NCBI GenBank assembly: GCA_017625935.1
Contig: JAGALA010000015.1
Span: 7,696 to 71,695, forward strand
Length of the DNA stretch: 64,000 bases
Reading direction: 5' to 3'
From: Clostridia bacterium
GTDB lineage: Bacteria; Bacillota; Clostridia; Oscillospirales; CAG-272
Shown here piece by piece: positions 47,434 to 57,158 of the stretch. How positions within the stretch are numbered: position 1 is the stretch's first letter; the number at the start of each line of letters is the position of its first letter. A program made the translations under genes and the position numbers. The notes under the pieces are model-generated. The model was not told the DNA's origin. It saw only the letters and a list, made by a program, of their open reading frames with translations, and did no database searches.

Positions 47434-50400
47434 ATGAAAAAGATTTACTTTGCGATTATAGTAATAGCTACGGTGCTTCTTGCGCTTATGCTTTCTTCCT
47501 GCGCGTGCAAGCACGAGTTTGGTGAGTGGCAGGAAACAAAAGCCCCCACCTGCAAGGACTACGGCACGAGCGAGCGCGTTTGCGCAAAATGCGGCGAGGT
47601 TGACTCAAAAATGCTTCAACCGACCGATTCCCACGTGTATGGCGATTGGGAAACAACCGAAAAAGCAACCTGCATTGGCTTAGGCATCGAGACGCGCACC
47701 TGCTCCGTTTGCGAAAAAACCGAGGAGCGCGGCTTACCTATCGATATTGGTGCGCACGTTTTTGGCGAATGGGTTGAAACGAAGGCACCAACCTGCTCCA
47801 AAAACGGAGCTAAGGAAAGGACCTGCACGCTTTGCGAAACGAAGGAAAATGCGGTTGTACCAAAGCTTGAGAATGGCGGACACTCCTTTGGAGAATGGAA
47901 AATTTCGATAGAGCCAACCTGTTCCGCCGAGGGACAAAGGGTGAAATTCTGCGCGTATTGCGAAAAGCCCGAATATGAAACACTTTCCCCGCTTGACAAG
48001 GGCGGCCACTCATACGGCGAGTGGTACACGGTAAGCGAGCCAACCTGCGTATCGGAGGGAACAGAGGCACGAGATTGCGTTTACTGCGATAATAAGGAGG
48101 AGAGGGCAATACCCGTAAACGAGGATGCGCACTCCTTTGGCGACTGGGAAGTTTCCGTTGAGCCAACGTGCTCGACCAAGGGCGAAAGAAAAAGACAGTG
48201 CGAATATTGCAAAATTTTTGACGTTGAGGAAACAGCTCCGCTTGATGAGGGCGGACATGCCTTTGGCGCTTGGCAAACTACGGTAAAGCCAAGCTGCGAG
48301 AGCGAGGGAAAGGAGGCGCGTGAGTGTGTTCTTTGCGGTATCATTGAGACAAACGTGCTCCCAAAATTACCTATTGTATATACGATAACATTAGATATTG
48401 ACGGCGAAAAGAGAGTTGTAAATCTCCCCGAGGACGGCATTTACTCGCTTGATGCTCCAACGAAGCTCGGCTACGATTTCGTCGCTTGGTACGAGGGCGA
48501 AAACGAGTTTGCCGCAAGCGGTAAAATAAGCGAAAGCAAGGAAATATCAGCGCGCTTCGAGGTTGCCCCAACTCTCACCTTTAACGAGCTTAAGACAAGA
48601 CTTGAGGGCGGCTGTGATAAGATTTTACTCTCGGCAGACATTGAAATCACCGACACGGTTTACGTGCTCGGTCAAACAGTAATTACATCAAACGGCGACT
48701 ACACCTTGACAAGAGGCGCGGATTTTTACGGCGATATTTTCGTGCTCGGAGAGGATGAAAACGGCAGAAATACAATTTTAAGCGGCAAATTCCCGTCACT
48801 CACCTTAAAGCCCGAGGGTGGCACGGTGACAATCGACGGTAACCGCGACAATGTAAGCGGCACGGTTCACGGCACGGTGTTCTTTATGCTCAACGGCACA
48901 ACCTTGAATATTTACGATGGCGTAACGGTAAAGAACAACCTTAAGCTTTCAAACGAGCGCGCACTTAACACAAAGTACGCCTTGAATGGCGAACCGCTTA
49001 TCGGCGGTAGCGTAATGATAATTGACGACGGCGTTTTCAATATGTACGGCGGCGAAATTTCGGGCAACGCAGTTAACCTAAAGTATTCATCCGCGACACC
49101 CGAGGAGGAAAGAGTGGAGGGCTACCGCGATTCAAGCTACGGCGGTGCGATTTACTCAATAGGCGCGATAAATATCTACGGCGGCAAAATTTCGGACAAC
49201 GAGGCAAGCTACGGCGGTGCAATCTTTACCTCGCGCACCTTCAATATAGAGGGCGGCACGTTTGAGGGCAACCACGCAAGCTCATACGGCGGTGCGCTCT
49301 TTGGCTCGAACAACGGCTCGGGCATTCACTATATCGGCTCGCCAAACGGCGACAAAAAGGAAATAAGCGTTGTTTTCCGCGGCAACACAGCCAAAGGCGG
49401 CGGCGCGATTTACCACCAATACAATAACGCAACGGTTATTTACGGAAACACACTATTTGAAGAAAACCAAGCACTTGGTAAAATGGGCGGCGCAATCTTC
49501 ACAGGCGGCGAGCTTATTATTTACTATGCGGAATTTAAAAACAACATAGCGGCAGACCGCGGCGGCGCGCTTTACGGCACGTATTCGGCGGCGGACAAGG
49601 CGGTACGCGTTATCGACATCAAGGAAGCAATCTTTGAGGGTAACTCGGCGGCGCGCGGAGGCGCAATTGCCGCATCAGCCACACAGGATGCAGAGGATAC
49701 AGGCGCGATTTTCGAGCTTGGAAACGTAACGTTTAAGAACAATACCGCATTCAAAACCGAGCATTCAACCCCGACCTTTATCGATAACTGCGACAGAGAG
49801 GGCGTATCAAGGAATTATAACGGTAACGGTGCGGTTGCACACTTCACCGCTAAGTGCGAAATCCATTTTGGCGGAAGAGTAGTATTTGAGGGCAACGCGG
49901 CAGAGTCCAAGGGCGGCGCGCTGTACCTCACCAACCAAGCAAAGCTCAAATCCATTGACGGCTCGTCCTTGCTCTTTAAGGACAACCAAAGCGCAGGCTA
50001 CGGCGGTGCAATTTACTTAACAAACGCATCAAGCGCGACACTTTTTGACGTAGAGTTTATCTCAAATAAGGCGCAAAGCGGCGGTGCACTTGCACTCTTT
50101 GCGTCCTCGGCGGTATCTCTTTGCGACGTGACTGCAAGCGCAAATGAAGCAAGCGGAGCGGGCGGCTTTGCAAGGGCAGAGCTTTCCGAGCTTGAAATTT
50201 CATCAAGCAAAATAGAATCAAGCATTAAAAACAATACCTCAAAGAATTCAAGCGCGGGCGCATTTTATCTTGAGGGCGCGGTGCTCGAGTTAAAGGGTAA
50301 CGAAAATACAGGTATTCTCATCGAGGGCAACACGTCAGATGCACAGGGCGGTGTAGTATGCGCATATATCGGCTCGCGCGAAATTACCGTGACTAACGCG

Positions 50401-52632
50401 GAAACAGGCGAGGAAACAACCGAAACCGAGAGCGTGCGTTCAACGGTAAACGCAAGCTACGTAACGTTTAAGTCAAACGTAGCAAACGCGCCCGAGCAAT
50501 ACGGCGGCGGTGCAATTTACGCATCCAACACAGACTTAGTTATCGAAAATTCAAGCTTTGACTCCAACTCCGCGGTTTACGGCGGTGCGGTTTCGCTTTA
50601 TTCGGGCTCTGAATTCAAGGCGATCAATACCGTATTTACAAACAACACAGCAAAAGCAAACGGCGGTGTTATGTACACCTCAAAATCAAATGCTATCTTT
50701 GAAAACGTAACGGTAAACGGCAACTCGGCAACAGGCTATACAAAGACGGAAACGACAACCAACGAGGAAACGGGCGAACAAACAACAACCGAAAAATACG
50801 TAAACGGTCAGGGCGGCGCTTTCTTCTTTAACTCCACCTCAACCGCTACCTTCACGGGTGTATCGGCAAGTATCAACTCAGCTGATGTCGGCGGCGTTGT
50901 ATTCGTTGCGTACTCCACGGTTACTGTAAACGGAGAGGAGAATGCGTTCAGCGAAAATACCGCAATCACAAACGGCGGTGCGTTCTACCTATCAAGCGAT
51001 TCAAGCTTGACACTTGAATTCATCAGCGCGACCAAAAACCAAGCTGAAAACGGCGGCTTTATCTATGCTGACGAGGCAACGTTAATTAAAATCAGCGGTG
51101 AGGGCAACGTAATTTCAGAAAACAAGGCAACCTCAGAAGCAAATCAATACGGTGCGGGCGCAATTTATATTTACAAGACCGAGACGCAAATTTTTGGTGT
51201 GACCTTTGAGAAAAACACAGGCAACTGTGGCGGCGCTATCGGCGTGCGCGGTTCAAATTTGGAAATTAGCGGCTGTATCTTCAAGGATAACTCGGGCACA
51301 GGCACGGGTGGTACAATTTACGTAAACACCTCTGACGTAACGCTTGACGGCTGTACCGTGAGCGGCAGCGTATCGGGCGGCAACGGCGGCGCGATTTATT
51401 CAACCACGTCAACCGTTAACACAAGCAATACGGTATTTGAAAATAACTCCTGCGGATCAAATTACGGCGGTGTTATTTACTTAACAAAGACAAGCTACAC
51501 CTCGGTTGATGATACCTTTAAGGGTAATACCTCAAAGCACGGCGGCGCGGTAGCTGTTAACTCAAATTCAAGCTTTGTCGTAAGCGGCGCGGAATTTGCA
51601 AACAATACATCAAGTGCAAACGGCGGTGCAATTTGGGTAGGCGGCACGTCCCTTGAAATCACCGAAAGCGTAATTAAAGGAAACGAGGCAAGCCTCGGCG
51701 GCGGTATTTACGTAACAGGCGCATCAACAACCGTTATTGGTAACGACATTGAAATTTCACAAAATATCGCAAACGAAAATTCATTAGATGGCTACGGCGG
51801 CGGTATTTATATTACAAACGGCGCACAGGTGACACTAACCGACCTTACAATAAATCAAAATAAAGCCGCAAACGGCGGCGCGATAGGTGTGCTTAACGGT
51901 GCATCCCTTACCGTAAACGGAATAAGCGCAAGCGGAAACGAAGCACACGGCTACACCGTTGACGGCGTAACGTCGGGCGGTAACGGCGGCGTTATTCACG
52001 CGGGCGCGGTAAAAGCAACCGATGAAATTGTGGGTGCAAAATCTATCACAATTGGCAAGGGCACAAAAATAACGTCAAATACCTTTGTGGGCAACTCGGC
52101 AAACAACGGCGGCGGTGCAATTTATATCTATAATACCGAAACTGCCTTTACAGCAAATGAAATTGTGGCAAGCGGTAACGAGGCAACGAAAAACTACGGC
52201 GGTGCGCTTTATATTAGAGGCGCATCAATTACCGTAAATATCGGCACAATTGAATCAAGCGATAACCACGCGGGCTCAAACGGCGGTGCGGTTTACCTTT
52301 ACGCATTTAAGGGTGGCAAGATTGACAAGCTGACTGCAAACGGAAACACCACTAACACCTCGGGCGGCGCACTCTATATTGCGGGAAGCGCCGAGGTTAC
52401 AATCGGCGAGCTTTACGGCTCAGGTAACACAGCGACGACAGACGGCGGATATGCATATATCGGCACATCGACAGTTATAATCAACGGCGGTGAGATAGGC
52501 GACAGTAACGATGCAAACGGATATTCGCTTTATTTGGGCTATAAGGTGAGCATAAACACAAGCAAATTTACTTACCCCGAGGGTGAGCTTTTTGAGAAAA
52601 AAGCGGGCAATCTCGTTGAAATAACGGGTTAA
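47434..52632 (+). CDS. Giant surface lipoprotein with Cys/His repeats and a Pmp-like beta-helix
   Basis: Lipobox LSSC. Seven H-x-(F/Y)G-x-W-x5-(P/A)(T/S)C-x3-G-x5-C-x2-C repeats, a PTKLGYDFVAWY module, then many GGA(I/L/V) and FxxN repeats. Confidence 0.8.
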   Translation: MKKIYFAIIVIATVLLALMLSSCACKHEFGEWQETKAPTCKDYGTSERVCAKCGEVDSKMLQPTDSHVYGDWETTEKATCIGLGIETRTCSVCEKTEERGLPIDIGAHVFGEWVETKAPTCSKNGAKERTCTLCETKENAVVPKLENGGHSFGEWKISIEPTCSAEGQRVKFCAYCEKPEYETLSPLDKGGHSYGEWYTVSEPTCVSEGTEARDCVYCDNKEERAIPVNEDAHSFGDWEVSVEPTCSTKGERKRQCEYCKIFDVEETAPLDEGGHAFGAWQTTVKPSCESEGKEARECVLCGIIETNVLPKLPIVYTITLDIDGEKRVVNLPEDGIYSLDAPTKLGYDFVAWYEGENEFAASGKISESKEISARFEVAPTLTFNELKTRLEGGCDKILLSADIEITDTVYVLGQTVITSNGDYTLTRGADFYGDIFVLGEDENGRNTILSGKFPSLTLKPEGGTVTIDGNRDNVSGTVHGTVFFMLNGTTLNIYDGVTVKNNLKLSNERALNTKYALNGEPLIGGSVMIIDDGVFNMYGGEISGNAVNLKYSSATPEEERVEGYRDSSYGGAIYSIGAINIYGGKISDNEASYGGAIFTSRTFNIEGGTFEGNHASSYGGALFGSNNGSGIHYIGSPNGDKKEISVVFRGNTAKGGGAIYHQYNNATVIYGNTLFEENQALGKMGGAIFTGGELIIYYAEFKNNIAADRGGALYGTYSAADKAVRVIDIKEAIFEGNSAARGGAIAASATQDAEDTGAIFELGNVTFKNNTAFKTEHSTPTFIDNCDREGVSRNYNGNGAVAHFTAKCEIHFGGRVVFEGNAAESKGGALYLTNQAKLKSIDGSSLLFKDNQSAGYGGAIYLTNASSATLFDVEFISNKAQSGGALALFASSAVSLCDVTASANEASGAGGFARAELSELEISSSKIESSIKNNTSKNSSAGAFYLEGAVLELKGNENTGILIEGNTSDAQGGVVCAYIGSREITVTNAETGEETTETESVRSTVNASYVTFKSNVANAPEQYGGGAIYASNTDLVIENSSFDSNSAVYGGAVSLYSGSEFKAINTVFTNNTAKANGGVMYTSKSNAIFENVTVNGNSATGYTKTETTTNEETGEQTTTEKYVNGQGGAFFFNSTSTATFTGVSASINSADVGGVVFVAYSTVTVNGEENAFSENTAITNGGAFYLSSDSSLTLEFISATKNQAENGGFIYADEATLIKISGEGNVISENKATSEANQYGAGAIYIYKTETQIFGVTFEKNTGNCGGAIGVRGSNLEISGCIFKDNSGTGTGGTIYVNTSDVTLDGCTVSGSVSGGNGGAIYSTTSTVNTSNTVFENNSCGSNYGGVIYLTKTSYTSVDDTFKGNTSKHGGAVAVNSNSSFVVSGAEFANNTSSANGGAIWVGGTSLEITESVIKGNEASLGGGIYVTGASTTVIGNDIEISQNIANENSLDGYGGGIYITNGAQVTLTDLTINQNKAANGGAIGVLNGASLTVNGISASGNEAHGYTVDGVTSGGNGGVIHAGAVKATDEIVGAKSITIGKGTKITSNTFVGNSANNGGGAIYIYNTETAFTANEIVASGNEATKNYGGALYIRGASITVNIGTIESSDNHAGSNGGAVYLYAFKGGKIDKLTANGNTTNTSGGALYIAGSAEVTIGELYGSGNTATTDGGYAYIGTSTVIINGGEIGDSNDANGYSLYLGYKVSINTSKFTYPEGELFEKKAGNLVEITG

Positions 52633-52643
52633 AGGAGAAAAAA

Positions 52644-54326
52644 TTGAAAAAAAGAATAATATCATTTCTTCTCTGTGCCCTTATTTTGCTATCAACGCTT
52701 TTGACGGCAGCCTGCAATACCGCTGACACAAGCAGCGGCACATCAAGCGATACAAGCAGCGACACCTCAAGTGATACAAATAGCGACACAAGCACTGACT
52801 CGGGTGGGACAAAGCCACCCGAGCAGGAAAAGCCGCCAACGGTTGACGAGCTTAATAGGCGCGACGAGGTTATCTCGATTAAGGACAACAACTACCTCAG
52901 TCGAAACGAGGTCGTTTATGAAAATATAAACGGCAAGGACGTGAGCGTTTACGTGTCGTTCCGCGTTAAGGGCGAGGTGCAAAACAACCCGAACTTTGCA
53001 CAAATACAAATGGTTTGGCAGGCAATAAAGTATAAGGATAAGTATCCCGAAAAGGACGTTTACGTAACGCTTACCTCATATCGCTTATCGGGCACACTTG
53101 CCGCTTGTCTTGACGAAAGCAGCGAGGACTACGGCAAGCTGAAATGTCTGTACGACAAGGACTACGACGAGGAAACGGGATACTACCGCTTAAGCCATCT
53201 TCTTTGCGAGGCGGCAAGAAAGGGAATTTACGTAACCGTTATCGGTCACGCAAACGCAAGCTCGGTTAAAATTTCCCCAACAAAGAAGAAGGGCGACGAG
53301 CCGTTTTATACGTATTTTTCAAAGCATCTAAATGACCCCTGCTACATTGAGGGCAAGGTGATTTCCGACTATATGGTTGTTCAAAAATCCGAGTGGACGC
53401 TTGATAAGGGCGGCACGGATATGATGCACCTAAAGTCCTGCACGGTCTCAAACTATATCGATAGAGAGGGCAATGACAGAGGATGTGCCGTTTGGCTCGG
53501 CTGTACCAATGTTGACGGCGTTGACTATCAGGGCAAAAACGGTCTTGACTACGTTCAAAGCGGCGCGGTAATTTGCGACCACGACGAAATTTACCGTGTG
53601 ACGTACAATTTCACACAGCTGATGGCACAGTACAAGGGGCAGGAAGAGATTTTGATTTTCCGCCGCTTGGCTCAGCTAAGAACGCGCGACCAAATTGACC
53701 TGATAAAGGCGGGCAGAGGCGACGAAATTCCATATGACGAGCAAATTGTGTATATCGGAAGTGAGAGCGACGAGGTTTTCGAGCTTTATTTCACTCCGCT
53801 TGCAAGTGAGGCGTCGATTTGGGACACGGAATATAACCCCTATTGCAAGTACATAACAAAGCTTGTAAATTCTCACGATGACGATGGCTACATTGAACTG
53901 CTTTGGAACAATCCAAAGTACGTGGTGAAGGGCTTTAGCGTTGGCAAAATTATTCTTGACTTGCTCTCGGTTAAGTTTTACGAAAGCGGCAACCCCGAAA
54001 ACAACCTGCATATGCAAACCCCCGGGCCTGACTGGTCAATCTTTGACGGACTTGTCGAGGGCGAGAATATCGGTGTTAAGGCACTGAACAGATACCGCTC
54101 ACGAAACTACCACTCAAAGGACGTGCAGGTGACGTACGTTGAAAACGGAGTCAGATACTACGTGACGCTCTTTAATTCGCTCAATATGCACGAGGGCGCA
54201 ATGTTCTTCCAAACAAACTCAATCCTTGTTATTAAGGAAACGGAAAAAACAGGCAACGATTTCTACATCGATTACGCAATTATGACAGTTCCGGGAATAG
54301 AGTTTGAAAGCCACAGATACAAATAA
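52644..54326 (+). CDS. Lipoprotein with two phospholipase D-like HxK motifs
   Basis: TTG start after AAGGAG, lipobox TAAC, SSDT-repeat linker, MHLK...WLGCTN and YHSK...FNSLN. Confidence 0.6.
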   Translation: MKKRIISFLLCALILLSTLLTAACNTADTSSGTSSDTSSDTSSDTNSDTSTDSGGTKPPEQEKPPTVDELNRRDEVISIKDNNYLSRNEVVYENINGKDVSVYVSFRVKGEVQNNPNFAQIQMVWQAIKYKDKYPEKDVYVTLTSYRLSGTLAACLDESSEDYGKLKCLYDKDYDEETGYYRLSHLLCEAARKGIYVTVIGHANASSVKISPTKKKGDEPFYTYFSKHLNDPCYIEGKVISDYMVVQKSEWTLDKGGTDMMHLKSCTVSNYIDREGNDRGCAVWLGCTNVDGVDYQGKNGLDYVQSGAVICDHDEIYRVTYNFTQLMAQYKGQEEILIFRRLAQLRTRDQIDLIKAGRGDEIPYDEQIVYIGSESDEVFELYFTPLASEASIWDTEYNPYCKYITKLVNSHDDDGYIELLWNNPKYVVKGFSVGKIILDLLSVKFYESGNPENNLHMQTPGPDWSIFDGLVEGENIGVKALNRYRSRNYHSKDVQVTYVENGVRYYVTLFNSLNMHEGAMFFQTNSILVIKETEKTGNDFYIDYAIMTVPGIEFESHRYK

Positions 54327-54360
54327 GTATAAAATGTGACAAAATGTTATATATACAAAC

Positions 54361-54388
54361 AAAAAACGCGACCACGTGTCGCGTTTTT
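54361..54388. terminator. Bidirectional terminator
   Basis: AAAAACGCGAC-CACGT-GTCGCGTTTTT. Confidence 0.75.
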
Positions 54389-54445
54389 GTTATTAATATG
54401 GTTTTGTGTAGGGGAGTTCTACCTCACGTTTTTATGTATCGGTGA

Positions 54446-55528
54446 CTATATTCCAAAGAAACAAAGCACTTTATCAAACCATTTTGCGCGCTTGCGTATT
54501 GCGTAAAGGACAAGGAGCACCAAGATGAAAAGGACGGTGATGAAAACGCCCTCGCGCATGCCAAGGTGAAGCGCGGCTTCCCATTTTCCCGCCTTCCACG
54601 ATGGGGTGGTGTGGAATTTTGAGAGGAAAAAGAAATAGTGCGTTGACATAATGAAAAACGAGCTTGACGACATCATTCTTATTACGTGGTTGCGCGGCAA
54701 AAGTGCGCAGGTGAGTGTAAGAGAAACAATTATAGTCAGCGCAATCGGAATATAAAGAAAAATATTGTTGTAGTTCAAATTCAAAACGCTGAGCCCGAAA
54801 TATCCGCCCGGGCGAGATGGGTCGCGGTTTACAAGCGCGCTTACTATAATCGAGGTGATGAAAACGCCGAGTGCGATATAAAGCATATAGTTCTTGTATG
54901 GCTTTTCCTTTCGCTCGGCAATGTAGCGAATTGCGCCCGAAAGGCAGAAGCCGAAGGCGAAAAATCCGAAAAGCAAAAGCACGTTGTGGGCACTGAAAAT
55001 GTTGGTAAAGCCGAAAAGGTTTACCGTTTTGTCAACCGCCTCAAGCTTGACAATTCCCAAAAACGAAACACAGCCGACGGCGAAAATGATAAATTTATTT
55101 CCTTTTGCAAAATAGCTTGTAAAAAGGAACAGCAGCGAAACGATAAAGTAGCAGGGGATAAACCAAAGCGCCGCGTTCCAGTTGGGTCTGCCGCCGAGCA
55201 AAAAGAAGATTTTGACAAGCTCCCAAAAGCCGTAATCTGTTTTGAAGGGACAGTTTTTCACCATATAGGGTATGCAGGAAACCAAATACCAAATGAGGTA
55301 TGGGATTCCAAGGCGCATAAGCAGGCGCAAAACGGATTTTCCAAGCTCACGCGCGGTTTTCGGCGTTTTGGAAAGAAGTCCGCCCGCAAAGGCGAAAAGC
55401 GGCACGTGGAATGAATAAATAACCGTTCTTAGAATTGTATAAGCAGGCAGGCAATGTCCGAGCACAACCAAAAAAATGCCGATTGCTTTTATATAATCGA
55501 TGTAGTCAAGACGCTTTTTTTCTTCCAT
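54446..55528 (-). CDS. Acyltransferase-3 family membrane O-acyltransferase
   Basis: RLDYIDYIKAIGIFLVVLGH, YSFHVPLF, LWFIP, many TM helices. Confidence 0.9.
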   Translation of the reverse strand: MEEKKRLDYIDYIKAIGIFLVVLGHCLPAYTILRTVIYSFHVPLFAFAGGLLSKTPKTARELGKSVLRLLMRLGIPYLIWYLVSCIPYMVKNCPFKTDYGFWELVKIFFLLGGRPNWNAALWFIPCYFIVSLLFLFTSYFAKGNKFIIFAVGCVSFLGIVKLEAVDKTVNLFGFTNIFSAHNVLLLFGFFAFGFCLSGAIRYIAERKEKPYKNYMLYIALGVFITSIIVSALVNRDPSRPGGYFGLSVLNLNYNNIFLYIPIALTIIVSLTLTCALLPRNHVIRMMSSSSFFIMSTHYFFFLSKFHTTPSWKAGKWEAALHLGMREGVFITVLFILVLLVLYAIRKRAKWFDKVLCFFGI

Positions 55529-55705
55529 TTTTCGCTCCTTTTTATAAAATTTGGAAAATTTAGCCATGCTATCAACTCTATTATAAGTTTCCCCGCGTAA
55601 TATTTCAATAAAAATTTGTAAAATAAGCTCGAATATTAAAAAGCTCTTGAAAAAACAATGCGCGTGTATTATAATAAATCATATATTTTAAGCAAGGAGA
55701 GAAAA

Positions 55706-56923
55706 ATGGAAAAGATTAAGATGACAACTCCGCTTGTTGAAATGGACGGAGACGAAATGACGAGAATTATTTGGCAAATGATAAAGGACGAGCTTCTTTT
55801 ACCGTTTGTTGATTTGAAAACAGAATATTACGACTTAGGTCTTCCCGAGCGTGAGCGCACAAAGGACAAGGTTACCTTCGACGCGGCGTACGCAAACCAA
55901 AAATACGGCGTTAGCGTAAAGTGCGCGACAATTACACCTAACAAGCAAAGAGTTGAGGAATATAACCTCAGCGAAATGTGGAAGAGCCCTAACGGTACAA
56001 TCCGTGCAATTTTGGACGGTACGGTTTTCCGCGCGCCTATTCTTATTGACTCGGTTAAGCCCGCGGTTCGCAACTGGAAAAAGCCTATCACAATCGCGCG
56101 TCACGCATACGGCGACGTATATAAGGCAACGGAGTACAGATGCGAGGAAAAGGGCAAGGCGTACCTTTCATTTGTAGATGAAAACGGAGAAGAAAAATTC
56201 CGCGAGCAGATTTACGATTTTGAGTGCGCAGGCGTTTTACAGGGTCAGTACAACAAGGACTCCTCAATCCGCTCCTTTGCACATTCCTGCTTCAAGTACG
56301 CGATAAACACAAAGCAGGACCTTTGGTTCTCAACCAAGGACACAATCTCCAAAAAGTACGACCAGACCTTCAAGCTCATTTTCCAAGAGATTTACGATGA
56401 GTGCTACAAGGAGGAGTTTGAAAAGCTCGGAATTACCTACTTCTATACGCTCATTGACGATGCCGTGGCAAGAGTAATTCGCTCCGAGGGCGGCTACATC
56501 TGGGCTTGCAAGAACTATGACGGTGACGTAATGTCCGATATGGTTTCAACTGCATTCGGTTCACTTGCGATGATGACGTCCGTGCTTGTTTCTCCCGACG
56601 GAAAATTTGAATACGAGGCGGCACACGGCACGGTTACAAGACACTACTACCGCTACTTAAAGGGTGAGGACACCTCAACAAACCCAATGGCAACGATTTT
56701 CGCGTGGAGCGGCGCATTAAAGAAGCGCGGCGAGCTTGACTCGCTTGACTCCCTCGTTGATTTTGCTACCAAGCTTGAGGAAGCGTGCATTGAAACCTTA
56801 AACGACGGAATTATGACAAAGGACCTTGTCGGCCTTGTCGAGGCAGGCACTAAGGCGAAGGCGGTGAACACGATAACCTTTATTAAGGAGATCCGCGCGC
56901 GTCTTGAAAAGAAATTAGCGTAA
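55706..56923 (+). CDS. icd: NADP-dependent isocitrate dehydrogenase (type II, eukaryote-like)
   Basis: [48 protein letters not shown]. Confidence 0.96.
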   Translation: MEKIKMTTPLVEMDGDEMTRIIWQMIKDELLLPFVDLKTEYYDLGLPERERTKDKVTFDAAYANQKYGVSVKCATITPNKQRVEEYNLSEMWKSPNGTIRAILDGTVFRAPILIDSVKPAVRNWKKPITIARHAYGDVYKATEYRCEEKGKAYLSFVDENGEEKFREQIYDFECAGVLQGQYNKDSSIRSFAHSCFKYAINTKQDLWFSTKDTISKKYDQTFKLIFQEIYDECYKEEFEKLGITYFYTLIDDAVARVIRSEGGYIWACKNYDGDVMSDMVSTAFGSLAMMTSVLVSPDGKFEYEAAHGTVTRHYYRYLKGEDTSTNPMATIFAWSGALKKRGELDSLDSLVDFATKLEEACIETLNDGIMTKDLVGLVEAGTKAKAVNTITFIKEIRARLEKKLA

Positions 56924-56940
56924 AATACCGCTTGCGCGTA

Positions 56941-57015
56941 ATGAATTGCGCAGGCGCATAAATTGACACTCCGTGTCATAAATTGTAACCTTGTTACATG
57001 AATTGCCTTTAGGCA
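56941..57015. repeat. Second linker/mini-hairpin array
   Basis: T(G/A)AAT linkers separate TGCG-CAGG-CGCA, TGACAC-TCC-GTGTCA, TGTAAC-CTT-GTTACA and TGCC-TTTA-GGCA. Confidence 0.75.
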
Positions 57016-57032
57016 TTATATAAATAATTTGC

Positions 57033-57063
57033 GGCGAGGGCTTTGCTCTCGCCTTGTTTTTTT
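57033..57063 (+). terminator. Intrinsic terminator after icd
   Basis: GGCGAGGGC-TTT-GCTCTCGCC followed by TTGTTTTTT. Confidence 0.7.
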
Positions 57064-57158
57064 CAAAAAAATAATATTTACAAATTAAAAAACATTATTT
57101 ACACGCGCGTGCGTTTGTGCTATTATATAAATGTATTTTGAAAATGCGGAGGGAAAAT

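Noticed and set aside
12211-52632. Multiheme c-type cytochromes among the Cys/His-rich lipoproteins
   Set aside because: No CXXCH motifs were found in these proteins; the His residues do not directly follow CXXC.
54686-55414. 242-aa plus-strand ORF
   Set aside because: It is an antisense shadow of the hydrophobic acyltransferase gene.
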